The notes below the pieces were generated by a model. That model had not been told where the DNA came from and did no database searches. It saw only the letters and a program-made list of their open reading frames with translations. Below, piece after piece: positions 37,642 to 50,564 of a stretch of DNA of 64,000 nucleotides (position 1 is its first letter; every line of letters begins with the position of its first letter). This stretch comes from Takakia lepidozioides. Lineage: Eukaryota > Plantae > Bryophyta. The DNA is taken from NCBI GenBank assembly GCA_030704615.1, contig CM060731.1, positions 64,604,001 through 64,668,000 on the forward strand, written 5' to 3'. The position numbers were made by a program, and so were the translations under genes.

Positions 37642-40600
37642 TCAGCTGGGCTCACTATCTATATCCAAATAATCTTCCCCTTCACTACCCACATCTGCAA
37701 TTTGCCTTGCGGTAATTACCAACCCTGGAATGTCTTCCTCATTAAAGGTAACTGCTCCTTCCAAAGAGACTGGTTCGGCCGTATCTGGTAGATTTCGTGG
37801 TTCCCTCAGACCCTCATGGTCGGCATTCTCCCCTAGGTCCAGATCATGGACGTCGGCCACGACTCGTTTGGCCCGGGGGTCCTTGTGAAGAACCACCTTC
37901 CATCCCGGCGCATGGGTGTCATCTGAAAAGAAAACTTGCTCAACTTGCGATGGGAAGATGAATGGCTCTCTTCATCTTGTGGTAGCATTTTTCTGAAATC
38001 AGCAAGGAGGAACCCGTACTCATCCCGTTTCATGGTGGCATTCTCTCCTACCATATTGGCTTTTACCCAAGAACAACGGAATAGAATTGGCTTCACAAGA
38101 CCATAGTCTAGTTTAAGGATCTCTTTGATCACTCCTACATATTGCACATGGCATGAAATTGGATTCTGATCTCGTGCACAACTCCTACTCTCTTGTTCAA
38201 AAAATGATGCCACTCCGCTGTCATAAGTCTTCAGGAGGCTGGTGTTGGCATCGTCCACTCTATAGTGATTGCCATATGCTTTCATTGACCGGTACGAAGT
38301 GGCAATCAGCCTTGGGGGAATGACAGACTCACCATGCCCTCATCTGGGTCCTCGTTCTCTGATGCGTACACTGCAATTGCAGATCTGACCCACACTGTAA
38401 AGGGCTGCAGCTCATCCATTGTTGTGGGGTACTCCACCGGGGACCTGCGCCTACGACTGCCCCTCTGCCATGCTTTTGCAAATGCACTCCGTTCCGTTTT
38501 CAGGCGGACCTTCTCCGCTGCGTACTTTCTGGCCGAAACCAAATAGAAGCTGCAACTCAGTCCCCCTGACCAACACCGTGTTGTACATGCATGCCACATG
38601 CAGAGTGTGTGTCCTTTCAAGCACACTGTAGTGATGCAGCCTACTTCATAATCACTTGCAAGCAACAACCAAGATCTACGAAACACCCTCTGTAGTCGTC
38701 TGAAGCACCCTGTTAGTACACGATCCCACTCCCATAGTGGCCGGAATGACTTGTGACAATATATATGTAATTCCAGCATACAAAGACCATTAAGAATAGC
38801 ATAGGAGGGATGTAAGTTGGAACCCACTGTCTCCATGGTGTCATGGTTGTTGTGTTGTTCAGCACATAATCATGTGCCACATCCCGAAGGCACGGGCTCA
38901 TGGCACGCTTTGTTCCACCACCTTCTAGGACCTCGCCTACAACTCCTTCTTCCTCATTCTCGTCCCACATCCGTCGTTGTATTGCATCAAATGAAGACAT
39001 ATACTCTGTCATGAAGCCCAGGGCTTCGTCGCGGATGTAGCCCTCCGCCATACTCCCCTCTGGCCGTGCCATGTTGCGTACATACCCCTTCAGATCCTTC
39101 ATGTACCTCTCCATGGGGTACATCCACCGGCTGGCTACGGGCCCACACACATGCAACTCCTCTACAAGATGCACTAGCAAGTACGTCATGACGTCAAAGA
39201 ATGATGGAGGGAATTCTTTCTCCAGCAAACATAGGGTCATAGCCACATCCTCATGCAACGATGTAATGTCCCTCGGATCCCCACACCTTCGCACAAATCT
39301 TCCTAAATACTCGACTTACACGCATTATGGCTGTTCGAGGACCTGGCGCCATCGTACCCCGAATGCACACTGGCAAAATCTGTTGCATCATCACGTGTAG
39401 ATCATGTGACTTCATCCCCGACCATTTCTTGTTTATGGCATGCTTTTGGAAAGCACCCGAGAATCCGGTTGGCACTTTCATGGCTCCCAATGTCTTCAAA
39501 AAATCCTCTTGCTCTGATTTGGTCAGGACGTATGATGCTGCTGGCATGAGCACTTTGCCTGGTCTATTTGGATCAGGCCTTAGCCACAGATGTGACCGTA
39601 TCCCTTCAATCTCCATGTCATTTCGTACGTTTATCGTATCTTTCTCCCCAAAGATAGTCTTCAGAATGTTCTCGCAGAAGTTCTTCTCACAATGCATGGG
39701 GTCCAGGAGGTACCGCTGCAAGAGGTTCTGAAATGCCAAATGTCCTCCCATGACACCAAGTTCTATGGGCAAAAAAAGTAGAATATGTGGCAGAAGTTGT
39801 CCATGTTACTACATTATGCTTTCAACAACTCCACGATCCTCTCCACAGTGAGGTGTACGACTTCAACATCTACTGCATAGTAGTTACACTGACTTAGGAG
39901 TTGGTGGAAGGACTCCTGACAGTAAAGGTTTTTCCAGGAAGCACTATGTGAAAGAAAGTGAGTGAATGGGGGGGGGGATTCATGCACCTTCCAGTATGGC
40001 AAATCCCAAAGGATTGTCCGGCGCTTCACCCCGTGCTCCATGGCTGGATCTGCACTACTTCCGTCTCTCCCTCCAATCTCCATGAACGCCTCTTTCTCTT
40101 TTGCAAATTGCAATGTCTCCTCCGGTGTGGTGCCATTCTCTTTTCAACACATCCATTGAAGTGCCTTCTTGCTCATCGGTAGGGGTGGTTTCTTGCAAGG
40201 TAACGTCGATGCCCCATGTATATTGTCTTCCGTAGTGGCTTTGAGTGCCGTGAATCCACATAGGGCCCACAAATGGGGCACTCTTTGTAGCCCTTCGTCT
40301 TGCAACCCGCAACAAGGCCATATGCGGGGAAATTGTGGATTGACCACATGAGTATGGCACGGAGGGTGAAACTCCGTTGCCCTACTGGTTTCAAAATGTC
40401 GTAAGCTTCAACTCCAATCCATAGTTCCTGTAGCTCTTCAATCAATGGTTGCAAATACACATCTATGTTTGCATTTGTCACGGACTCCTTGCCTGGAATC
40501 AAGAGAGACAACATAACAAAGAATTTCTTTGTTGTCAACCATGGTGGCAGGTTGTATGCCACCAACTGCACGGGCCATGTGGACCATGTGCAACTCTTTG

Positions 40601-41807
40601 ATCCGTATGGGTTTACTCCATCCGTAGATACAGCCAATCGCACATTGCGTGGGTCCTCGGCGAAATCGGGCCAAGTTGCATTTATATGCTTCCATGCAAG
40701 GGAATCTGGGACATGCCTTACCAAACCATCGTTTGAGGCATTCCTGGAATGCCAAGTCATGAGCTCACTAATGGTCTTGCATTTGTACATTCGTAATAGA
40801 CGGGGGATAAGGGGAAAGTGCCTCAACACCTTCGCTGGCTGTTGTAACCTGCCCACATCATGGTATCGGGCTGCACCGCATTTGGGGCACTCCATAGCAT
40901 CCTTGTACTCTCTTCTGAAAAGTACATGTCCTTTTGGACATGCATGTATTTTCACGTAGTTGAGGCCGAGCTTCCCAATCATTTGGTTGGCCATGTGACA
41001 GCTTTTTGGCATTTCATTTGGTTGTGGAAGCAAGTTCAGCTGAAGCAAAGAGAACAACTCGTCCACAAAATGGTCTGAGACACCGTGGGTTGTGCACAGG
41101 TTCATCAACAGCATGGTGGCAGCAAGCTTTGTGGATTTGCATCCCTCGTACAGTGGCACACATGCTTCTTCTAGTGTCATGTGTGCAAAATTCAATTCTC
41201 CATCTCCACCTCCTTCCACGCCTTCTCCCACGTGAATGCCTTCATTTCCTGCGTCATCACCATCCCCAGTTGTCGCAGCGCCGTCCCCCTCTTCAGCATC
41301 GTCCATGATGTGGAATGCTTCCTGCAACATTCGAATAATCTCCACCCCTCCGTCCATGCCTGGTTCATGTCCTACGCCCATGACATAGTCCTCGTCTGGC
41401 CTGTCTGTATGGCTCCCTCGGGGGTGTGCATTGTCCAATTGTGCCCACTCCTCATCGTCTTCATCTGCAGGTCCATCTCCAATCCACACCCAAAATGCTT
41501 CATGTCTTTTGTGGTGAAGGAGATGTGTGCGCACACCGTCCTCAGATCTACTTGTAGTGCCCAAACAACGTTCACATGGGCATGGCATCCTTTAAAGCCC
41601 AAGGGCTCGGGCACGTGCCACTTCTCTTTCCCACAACCTGTCATCTCGGGTGTTCTGTCTACAGGGGTAATTAATTGGAAGTCCTCCGCATGGGCGAGGG
41701 GAACTCATTTTTGTTGGGGAGCCTCTTCAATGCTGTTTGTGCACGCCGTTGCAGGGGGCCGGATTCTCCTTTGCAGAGATTCCTCAATTTGGCTCTGCCA
41801 CTCCCAT
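37642..41807 (-). pseudogene. CACTA Tnp2/TnpD-like transposase, degenerate
   Basis: MPCPCERC, IHACPKG, RNVRLAVSTDGVNPY, WPV..YNLPPW, LDPMHCEKNF, MKSHDLHVMMQ, FPPSFFDVM..LVHL, RWMYPMERYM..LK.YVRN.ARPEGS and LFRCSWV; multiple stops and frameshifts. Confidence 0.92.
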
Positions 41808-41881
41808 TTCACTACCGTCAATTCCCTGTCAAGTTAAATAAGCACAGTGTGAAAACAACTAGAATAAAGCTAGTTATTTGT

Positions 41882-41942
41882 ATTTAACACTTGGATTTAG
41901 GTCAAGTGTTAAATCAGGTGTCAAGTTTAGTTTGACACCTGA
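41882..41942. other. Two adjacent perfect inverted repeats (12-bp stem with 9-nt loop; 11-bp stem with 7-nt loop)
   Basis: ATTTAACACTTG-gatttaggt-CAAGTGTTAAAT and TCAGGTGTCAA-gtttagt-TTGACACCTGA. Confidence 0.85.
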
Positions 41943-44611
41943 ACCGTCTTATCTTCACGAGAGCGGCAGTCGCGCAGCTCATCTCTCTCGAGTTGAGCCT
42001 GCGCGACCGAGCTCCTTCATCGTTTAGGACTGAGTGTGCTCATGATGGGAGTGTAAGGTTGTCGTGGGGTGGAGTCCCCACAGCTTGGGGTGCCCCTGGC
42101 TCGACTTTTATTTTAAAGAGTGATAGCGATGGATTTCATGTTGTTTCTGGTGTGAACAGTGTGTCTCTTAGCTTGTTCTATCACTCGAGAGAGATCAGCT
42201 CTTACCTGTGAGTGCAAAGTAGGAGTTGAGGGTTAGCACTTGTATGATTACCTGTGTGAGAGTAGTGCTTAGTTTAAGAAGCTTAAATATATATATATAT
42301 ATATATGCAGGTTTCGATCAGCGTTGGTTCTGGCATAAGGCCGTCGGGCAGGACGGAGCTACACTGCATGGAAGCAGGCTTCGTTTTGGTCAGTGAGGAG
42401 ATATCATGGAGTGGCAGCGATTGGCCGTTGGGAAACTAACCAAATGCGAGACTTAAAGGGGTACCTGTGATCGAGCAGATGGGTAGAACTTCCGTGCCTG
42501 GAGATGGCCGGGCTGCTCGCCTTAGTTCGATGTGCACAGACCAGAAGCGGTCAGGAAAGGCAGCGGAAGAGCAGGTGGAGCTGGTGTAGTGGAGCCAGTT
42601 GAAGGAGGAGCTGTCAATCCGCCCTCTCCAGTAAATGCAGCGCCAGCAGGTAGAGCACGGCGCAACGAGCTGGTTGAAGGTGAAGGCCCCGAGAGAAAAA
42701 GCCTAGCAGCAAAGCGGTGGAGAACGGGGAGCCCATTGCTGGCATATCATCAACACTGCAAAACCAGGAGTCTCACAAATCTTCATGCTACTTGTGATTG
42801 TGGCTGGGAAAGCTACTTTCACCTGGTCGATTATCTGCATAAGCAACCAGCTTCCTGACAAAAAGGGTTGTTGGGGGCATTGTTGATTTCGGGGAGTGCA
42901 AGGTGCAAAGTCGTTTTTAAGTGCTTCAGGTTTGTACAAAGCCAAGTAGCTGTTGCTACCTTGCACCTTGGTTCCACCATTTTGAGGTGGAAACTGGTGG
43001 AAAGTCGAATGGTGGTTCACAACCCAGCGTGCAACTCAGCACATTGCCCGAGTCCAAGTTTGTCACCATATATCTGACACTGCTCCTCCGTCCCGCCAAT
43101 GGTTCTGATTGTTGAAAGGTAAGTTCTTCCTTTAAGACCAAGTCCTCACAAGTCCTCCTGACTTGGTGCAAGATTGTGGCGATACAGGTCAAGGGAGCTC
43201 CAGCTCTACTTGTCTCATCATTGAACACTTCCAACTGATCACTTGCCTCTACTGTCATTTCGGCGTCAAGGGTACTTACTTCTGCACAGGTGCTGGTCCT
43301 GGGAGTCTTAGTGCGAGATACCACATTCATTTAATTGATGCAGGAATATGAGCTCTATCAGCTTCTGAACTCCAGACTTTCCTGATTATCCCTTTGTCTG
43401 GTGTATGGGATGAACCCGTCTGAAAACACCAACGATCAGCAAGGTGACCCGAACTGGGCAACAGAGAACTGGGACAACCCAGGTGCAGTTGGTGGCCTTG
43501 ACCAGACCTCAAGGCCGTACTCATCCAACCGGTTAGAGTGGAGCTGTGATGGTATTCATAGTATTCATGCAGCTGCCTTGGTGGGGACAGTGAATGCAAG
43601 ACTGGCAGCTCAACTGGGCATTGGGATCGTAATTCAGTAGCAGGCTGATTGGAGTTAAAGAGGTTTGGTCATGCCAGTGTCCGAGCAGCCAGTGAATCTT
43701 GGGTCAAATTTTTGAAGGTACGTTGCATTGCAGTAGGCAGTGTTCCAAGGATTATGAAACCCCAAGCGAGCAGCATGTGCAGAGCAGTGCACGGGCGAAT
43801 TGAAGCCAACGCCCTACCTTTAGAATTCTATTTGCGATCTGCCAGAGAAAGACAGCCAGCTTTGCAGAATGTTTGATTGAGGGCCGCAGTGCATAGCGAG
43901 GCCAGTGATTTGAATGCCGCTGAAATCTGTCACGGAAATGACCTGTTTGGCTGAGCATGTAACCAAGTGTCGGACAATGGAGGCAACGGCCCTTGCTGGA
44001 GGATGCATATCCAAGATGCAGGGATGGTCTGGATGATGCTGGCATAACCTGCATTTCCTCTGGCTGCTCCTACAATCTGGTTTATGTGCCCCTGGCACTA
44101 TAGTGCTGAGCCCGATCAGATATTTCCGATCTGGTGCTTTCCGGGGTTGCATTGTAAGTGTTCCTGCTTTTGTTGGGAATATTGGTGCAAAGGATTAAGG
44201 CTCAGCATAGCTACGGATCTCGACTGGAGGAGAGCCAGTCACTGCGAACCAGGGAACAAGAAACCAGGGAACAGGGAACCGAGACAAGTATTGAAAATAG
44301 AGTTTTTCTTGTATTTGTTTTGTCTTATATAAAATAAAATAAATAAATAAATAAAGAAAAAAAAAAGGTGTTATGTTTAAAGAGCCTGGTTGGTCATATC
44401 TTTGTCAAATGAGCTCCGTTTGACTCAGTTCTTGAGGGAATAGCTGCAGGAAGGGGAAATCTACCTATCTAAACCAAGTTTCTGTTTTTGGGACTCTGCT
44501 AAAAATCTATGGAATTTTTAGAGTGTGAGTGTGCCGTGAAAGATCCACAATTCTGTTTCTAGAACCAATTCTGGTCTATTTGAGAGACAAATCTGTGGAT
44601 GTCCTCCTTGT

Positions 44612-45361
44612 ATGGCTGGGGGAAATGATGACGTAATTGAAGGGCAGGTCTCTTCTCTTAGCCTGTGCACACAAGGGGACAAGATTTATGTTTCCCAAGG
44701 AACTCAGACTGATTTGAGTGGAGAACAGTTGGACGAGTTGATTCCATACTGGGAGTCAGGCATTAGCAGTAGACAACAGACTGCTGTAGTTGGCATTGAG
44801 GGCCTCAATATCGCCTTGGACAGTCAGAACTCTGTTAGAGCCAGCAGTTCTGCAGCTGTAGGTGAAACACCAAAGTGGGTGAAAGCTAGGCTTGGAACAC
44901 AACCAAAGACAGCCCCGGGGACCAAGGTGTTCAGCCACAAGGCCGTGGTGTACTGGAGCAGAGGAGCAGGAGCTACACAAGTTTGTGCAATCAGACATGG
45001 TTGCAGCCGGATACGCTCTGCACAGGGCAACCACGAGCGGGGGTTCATTAGCAATGACATGTTTGTTGTGCGTGAAGGAGATGCAGTCATTCCCAATGAG
45101 GACACCCACAACCGTCTCAAAGCTTTCGAGTTGAGAGACTATCAGACCCTACCTTTGTTTTCTTTAGTGTTCAGTGAGCGGGAGATAGGGGAGTATTGCT
45201 TTGTCTCTACCTGGCAGAAAGAGGAGGAGGGTTGGTTAGAGCGAGCTACTGTAGCTTGGGACAAGGTTAGTGGCAGGTTTCTGGACATAGATATACCTCC
45301 TACACCTTACCATCATGCAGAGCGAGGCACTTTGAGAGAAGTCTGGCAGTTGATAGCATAG
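44612..45361 (+). CDS. Unknown 249-aa ORF upstream of gag (possible retroelement accessory ORF)
   Basis: Uninterrupted ATG-to-stop ORF on the gag strand; no family recognised. Confidence 0.5.
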   Translation: MAGGNDDVIEGQVSSLSLCTQGDKIYVSQGTQTDLSGEQLDELIPYWESGISSRQQTAVVGIEGLNIALDSQNSVRASSSAAVGETPKWVKARLGTQPKTAPGTKVFSHKAVVYWSRGAGATQVCAIRHGCSRIRSAQGNHERGFISNDMFVVREGDAVIPNEDTHNRLKAFELRDYQTLPLFSLVFSEREIGEYCFVSTWQKEEEGWLERATVAWDKVSGRFLDIDIPPTPYHHAERGTLREVWQLIA

Positions 45362-45939
45362 ATCAGGATTAGATCTTGCTTGGTCGGCCTTCTATTCTTC
45401 CCCTCCATCTCTGTACTATTTTCATTACCTTGTACTTGTAGTTGCCAAAGCCTCTCTTGGTGGAGGCCAGTCAGTCCGGGGTTTTGGGCTGGGCTATTCT
45501 GCAGGATCAGCATTGCAGCTGGATTTTGGTGTGGGGGTGTTGATGTTTTGATTTCTTGTGTTTGGATCCCCCCCAACACCTGCATGCTTGACTGTGCGCC
45601 ATGTTGGTTTTGTGTGGGCGCTTGCTTTCATAGGGATTAGGCCGGATTTGATCACCGGTCAATCCTACAGTATGCTGTCGGTGGTGAGGCTGGAGTGATG
45701 ACCAGCAAGACCACCAGTGTTTCTTCTATGGTGAGGCTGGGTTGATGACCAGCCAACCATAGGAGTTCTTGCGGTGGATGCAGGTGCAGGTGCCCTGAGC
45801 CATTGGGATATGACCCTTAAACTGCAACAGGTGCCCACCCGTGTCACTATTAGATTAGTACTAGAGCCTTATAGTGTCACGTGGAGGAGGTGCACATTGT
45901 GAGTGTCATTACGGAGTTACCCAAGGGTTTTGAGGGGAG

Positions 45940-48900
45940 TATGGCTACAGGCAGTAACAGTGAGAGTGGGTTCACAAGACGAGGTATTCGGTTCAGACCA
46001 CCTTCACCGCCACCCTCAATTACTGTAGAGTCAGACACAGACTCGGAGGCTTCATCAACAGGTGTGCACTTTCATTCGCCATTGTTGTGGGACAACATGG
46101 AGGAGATGTATGGAGCTACCAAGGGGCCTCGTAGGTACTCTGGAGTTGTGGGCACAATCGAGTTGGATGACTTTATCCAGGAGTTCGACAGCTGGTGTGA
46201 TTTGCAGCAGATGCGCAATCCACAGCTATTCACCCCATTCATGGCGTGGAAGGGACTGTTCCAGCATTTGGAAGGCCCGCCTATGGACGATTACCACGAG
46301 TTCAGGCGAGGACATGAAGCAGAGATTGAGGAGTGGAGGATGTATTGGTCACCTGACTACGTCTCCATTACTCGAGGCACGACGCGACCAGTAGCTGCAT
46401 CAGTACCAATAGCTCCCACTGCCAGCACTAGTAGTGGAGCAAGTAGTGCTGGTACTTCTGCAGGTGGTACCAGTTCAAAAGGTGCTACTACTCCTCCTGC
46501 CACGACTACAACACATGTGCCTAGATTCAACCCGGTGGTGGAGTTCTTCCAGGAGTTGCGGAGGAACTACCAAGGTGTACGGACAGAGAAGCTGCGAAGT
46601 TTGCAAGACCAGTGAGAGCTTGCGAGAGGCGTACACTCGTATGAGGCGCTTGATAAGTGTGACCCAAGGGGTTACTGAAGCTCAGGCAATCCAGTTTTGG
46701 TATGGAATTCTGGACAAGGAGCTCAAGAGAAGGGTGCGAGATGCAACCCTGTTACAAGCAGCCCAACCCACATTAGCAGATGTGTTTCTGCTGGCTGAGC
46801 GGATTGAGCTCAACATGGTGGAGGAGCGAGTTGTTACAATTGGATTTGGCAAGGACATGCCTGCACGGGGCACAGCTGTCAGCCCACAGGCACAAGGGAC
46901 TGCCCAACAGCGTGGTCAGGGGGGCAAGGTTGCCCAACCAAGTTCCATGGAGCTTACAGGGGACCTCAGGTGCAGAGGCCCGTGGCATCTTTTGCAGGCC
47001 AACAGCAACCAGGGGTGATATGTTGGACATGTGGAGGACCCCATGTCAAGAGAGATTGCCCAGAGAGTGGCAGAAGGCCGGCACAAGCACAGCCTGCACA
47101 GTTGCAGTGTGGGCATTGTGGCAAGTATGGGCATGGAATGCCCAGTGTTATGACTTGCATCCTGAGTTGCGCCCAGGCCAGTTCCAAGGGAACAATGGTG
47201 GCCGGGGGCGAGGTGGACCAGCCCAGAGAGGACGAGTTGGTCGGGCACGAGGTGCAGGCCAAGGGCAAGCTCAACATGGCCAAGGACGCGGAGGTCAGGG
47301 TGTTGATCAAGGCATGGCCAACCGGCTTCAGCAGCTAGAGCAGAGGCTCGCTGCCATGGCTATAGCTCAGGCGGTACCGGCTCCCAGGCGGGATGGTCCA
47401 CCTCCTGCTCCTGAGGGAGGAGATATGGGAGGCATGGGATTTATGTGCGGAGCAGCACTACCACTAGAGCAGGTGGAGTCTGCTGCAGCCGTGACTCGAG
47501 GAGCAGCACGAGTTCCTGAGCCACGAGGTGCAGAGGTGGAATTGGATCCACAGCGTGGGGAGGCAAGCCGTCAGGCGAGGCTTCCTCAGTCATTCACATT
47601 GGCGGAGACTGTGTCGACGCCATCCATGGCACCTAGTTCTCGCCCGACTGTTACCGAGGCGGAGGTTACTATGCCATTGGGGAGAGCTACACGTGCAGCA
47701 CTGACTCATGCTGCCAAGGCTAGTGCGGCCGGTGTGTTATTGGGGGCAGCCACCTCTGTGTGTCAGGCCCCACTGTTCTCGGCAACAATGATTGCGACGC
47801 CGGGGGTAAGACCAGCTGCAGTGTTCAGACTAGCAGCAACACTCTGTGAGAGTGGGGAGGTCACTTCATCTTCTGCGGAGTTAGTGGAAGTGTAGTGGCA
47901 GAGGGATCCTCGGATTTGAGGGTCAAGACTGCCACGGCTGCGCCCTGGCAAGCTGCAGCTGCCAGGTTGACGGAGCTGCCAGCTAGGCCAGCCTTTGAGC
48001 GCGCCATGGTGACACCTGGAGTTGTCTTGTTAGACAACCAGGGAGGCATTTTCACTTTGAGTGGACCGGCAGGCAAGAAGTACCGGCCACTTCGGGTCTT
48101 GTTGGACTCGGGAGCTCAGCCACTGATGTTGGGCAGAGCTGCTATTGCAGGTTTGGGCCTCATGGAGGCGGATATGGAGCCTTGTCCTTTCCAGATACAG
48201 ACATCTCTGGGAGGATCAGAGCAGGCGTGGGGCATGACACGGCATCAGTTGGCCATTAGACTGTAGCCAGATCATCCTAGAGATGGCTCAGTGTTGCGAG
48301 CCAAGGCCATTGTGACAGACGCGGTCTCTTACGATGTCCTCGTTGGTGGGGCAGTGTTATACCCCATGGGCTTCACCCTGGACTTTGGGAGGAGTCAGCA
48401 TCCTACAGGCCTGGATGGCAGTCAGGGGATGGTCGCCGTGCACAGCTCCCTGTGACATTCATTGGGGTATTGCAGTTGCCCAGCGGGGCAAGATGCCAAC
48501 ACTAGCCGCCTTCACAGCTGCAGTTAGTTGGCCTGGAGAGTTGCTGGAAGGCAATGCCCATGCAGAGGATGTGCCACCTCCAGCAGAGCAGGATGACATG
48601 CATGGTACGGCGGAGTTGCCTGCCATGGTTGCTCACACTCCATTGTGGGGTACGAGCAAGGATTTGCAGCAAACTGCTGATAGACGGGTGCAACAAGCTT
48701 GGGTAGAAGCTTTTGTACCGTCAGGAGAGGAGGAGAGTGTGGTGATTGCACCAGGGAACCTCAGTTGTCGCCATTGGACACCACACCTCTTGTGTGGCAG
48801 CGGCCGGATGAAGGCATATGCCTTCTGGACTTGTTTGGCGGGATCAGCACTGGATTGGCTGCAGTGCTGCAGGCAGGTGTACGAGTTCGACGTTACCTGT

Positions 48901-49051
48901 ATGTGGAGAGGGATGAGACTGCACGACGCGTCTCACTGCGCCATGTTGCTCAGATTGCAGCAGTACCCTGAGTTGTTGCCGGTGTCTGCAGTTCGTGGAT
49001 ATCAACAGGCCTTGCCAGCAGACATTGCGTTGCTGGGGGCGCAGGATTTGG
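45940..49051 (+). mobile_element. Ty3/gypsy-like gag-protease polyprotein region followed by a C5 DNA methyltransferase; degenerate and cut by the gap
   Basis: Gag YSG...LDDFIQEFDSWC; Zn knuckles CWTCGGPHVKRDC and CGHCGKYGH...C; aspartic protease VLLDSGA...YDVLVG. RT, integrase and LTRs are not visible. Confidence 0.8.
48807..49051 (+). pseudogene. N-terminal part of a C5 cytosine DNA methyltransferase domain (motifs I-III)
   Basis: ICLLDLFGGISTGLAAVLQAGVRVRRYLYVERDETAR (FxGxG-like, then E) and ...LPADIALLGAQDL; motif IV (PC) would fall in the gap. Confidence 0.78.
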
Positions 49052-49551
49052 NNNNNNNNNNNNNNNNNNNNNNNNNNNNNNNNNNNNNNNNNNNNNNNNN
49101 NNNNNNNNNNNNNNNNNNNNNNNNNNNNNNNNNNNNNNNNNNNNNNNNNNNNNNNNNNNNNNNNNNNNNNNNNNNNNNNNNNNNNNNNNNNNNNNNNNNN
49201 NNNNNNNNNNNNNNNNNNNNNNNNNNNNNNNNNNNNNNNNNNNNNNNNNNNNNNNNNNNNNNNNNNNNNNNNNNNNNNNNNNNNNNNNNNNNNNNNNNNN
49301 NNNNNNNNNNNNNNNNNNNNNNNNNNNNNNNNNNNNNNNNNNNNNNNNNNNNNNNNNNNNNNNNNNNNNNNNNNNNNNNNNNNNNNNNNNNNNNNNNNNN
49401 NNNNNNNNNNNNNNNNNNNNNNNNNNNNNNNNNNNNNNNNNNNNNNNNNNNNNNNNNNNNNNNNNNNNNNNNNNNNNNNNNNNNNNNNNNNNNNNNNNNN
49501 NNNNNNNNNNNNNNNNNNNNNNNNNNNNNNNNNNNNNNNNNNNNNNNNNNN
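49052..49551. other. Assembly gap (500 N)
   Basis: Run of N. Confidence 1.
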
Positions 49552-49659
49552 CTGTCGGGGACTTGACACTTATACGGGATCTGTAGGGTACCCTTAATTT
49601 TTGCAACAGACTGAGACCAACAGGAGCCTTAGGGGTGACAGCAGCGCACTGTAGAGGGG

Positions 49660-49915
49660 GTTTACACAGCCGTCACAGCCAACACAGCCGTCACAACAGC
49701 CGACACAGCCCAACACAGCCGTCCACAGTCGTCACAGCCGACACAGCCCCGCGACACACAGCCAACACCCATCCCGTCACAGTCGCACAGCAGACACAGC
49801 CACACACGCCCTACCTCACAGCCACACAGCCAAACACAGTCTCGCACAGCTATTCACAACACAGCCCGTCACAGTTTCATACAGCCAGTCACAGCTTTAC
49901 ACAACTGTCATCACA
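49660..49915. repeat. Degenerate (CACAGC)n low-complexity repeat
   Basis: Many cacagc/acagcc units. Confidence 0.8.
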
Positions 49916-50564
49916 CCATAGCGAACGAGAGCAGGACAGGGAACGACTGTGGGGACAAACACCTGCAAATGAACATGTTAGTTCACAGGACACGTACGGT
50001 TAGTGAGGGAAACGGTTAGAGCCCACGGGTAGGAGATAAGCGAGAAGCAAGGACGGAGAAGGGACTTTTGGGGGGGATGATTTTTGGAAGCACTTCACGG
50101 GAGATGACTTCTTGTCATGGAGGAGAGGGGATCGGGCAGAGATGAAGAACGGAGCGAAGATGGAGAGATGAGGAGTAGATGCTTGTTATATGCAAAGCTG
50201 TAGTGATATGTAGAGCAAATTAGAGACACCAATGGGTCTCGGCTCGGATACCTGATATAATCATAATCTGATACTTATACGATACAATACACACACTGTG
50301 TAGAGAGATCTGAGTGAGCTGTGGAATGAATGGACGAGTTGATGGAATCCAATAGATTGATGAAGGAAACTGATACTTAATTATCAATGGTAAGGTAGCT
50401 AACATGAATGCCAAAAGGGAAACAAATAGGAAACACCCCATGATACACAGCTTAGGTCACGACGATTGTTCTGCGCGGGCTGAGTATTTAGAGATTTCCA
50501 ACTCTTCTATCTTGGAGTTTCCGCCTCGGATGCGAAGGATGGGTGAGTAAAGCCGCGCGATAGA

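Larger units (their letters stand above)
35328..41830 (-). mobile_element. CACTA (En/Spm) element nested in MULE copy 2; only one terminus visible
   Basis: MULE homology stops abruptly at ...GATTTAA|CACTAGAAGC, and a Tnp2-type transposase lies downstream. Confidence 0.85.

Noticed and set aside
41163-41176. TTCTAGTG as the second CACTA terminus
   Set aside because: It lies inside the transposase coding frame (TLEEAC) and is not followed by the expected TAA target duplication or MULE sequence.
48844-50003. ORFs spanning the N run and the His/Ser/Thr-rich ORF after it
   Set aside because: They are artefacts of the gap and of the CACAGC repeat.
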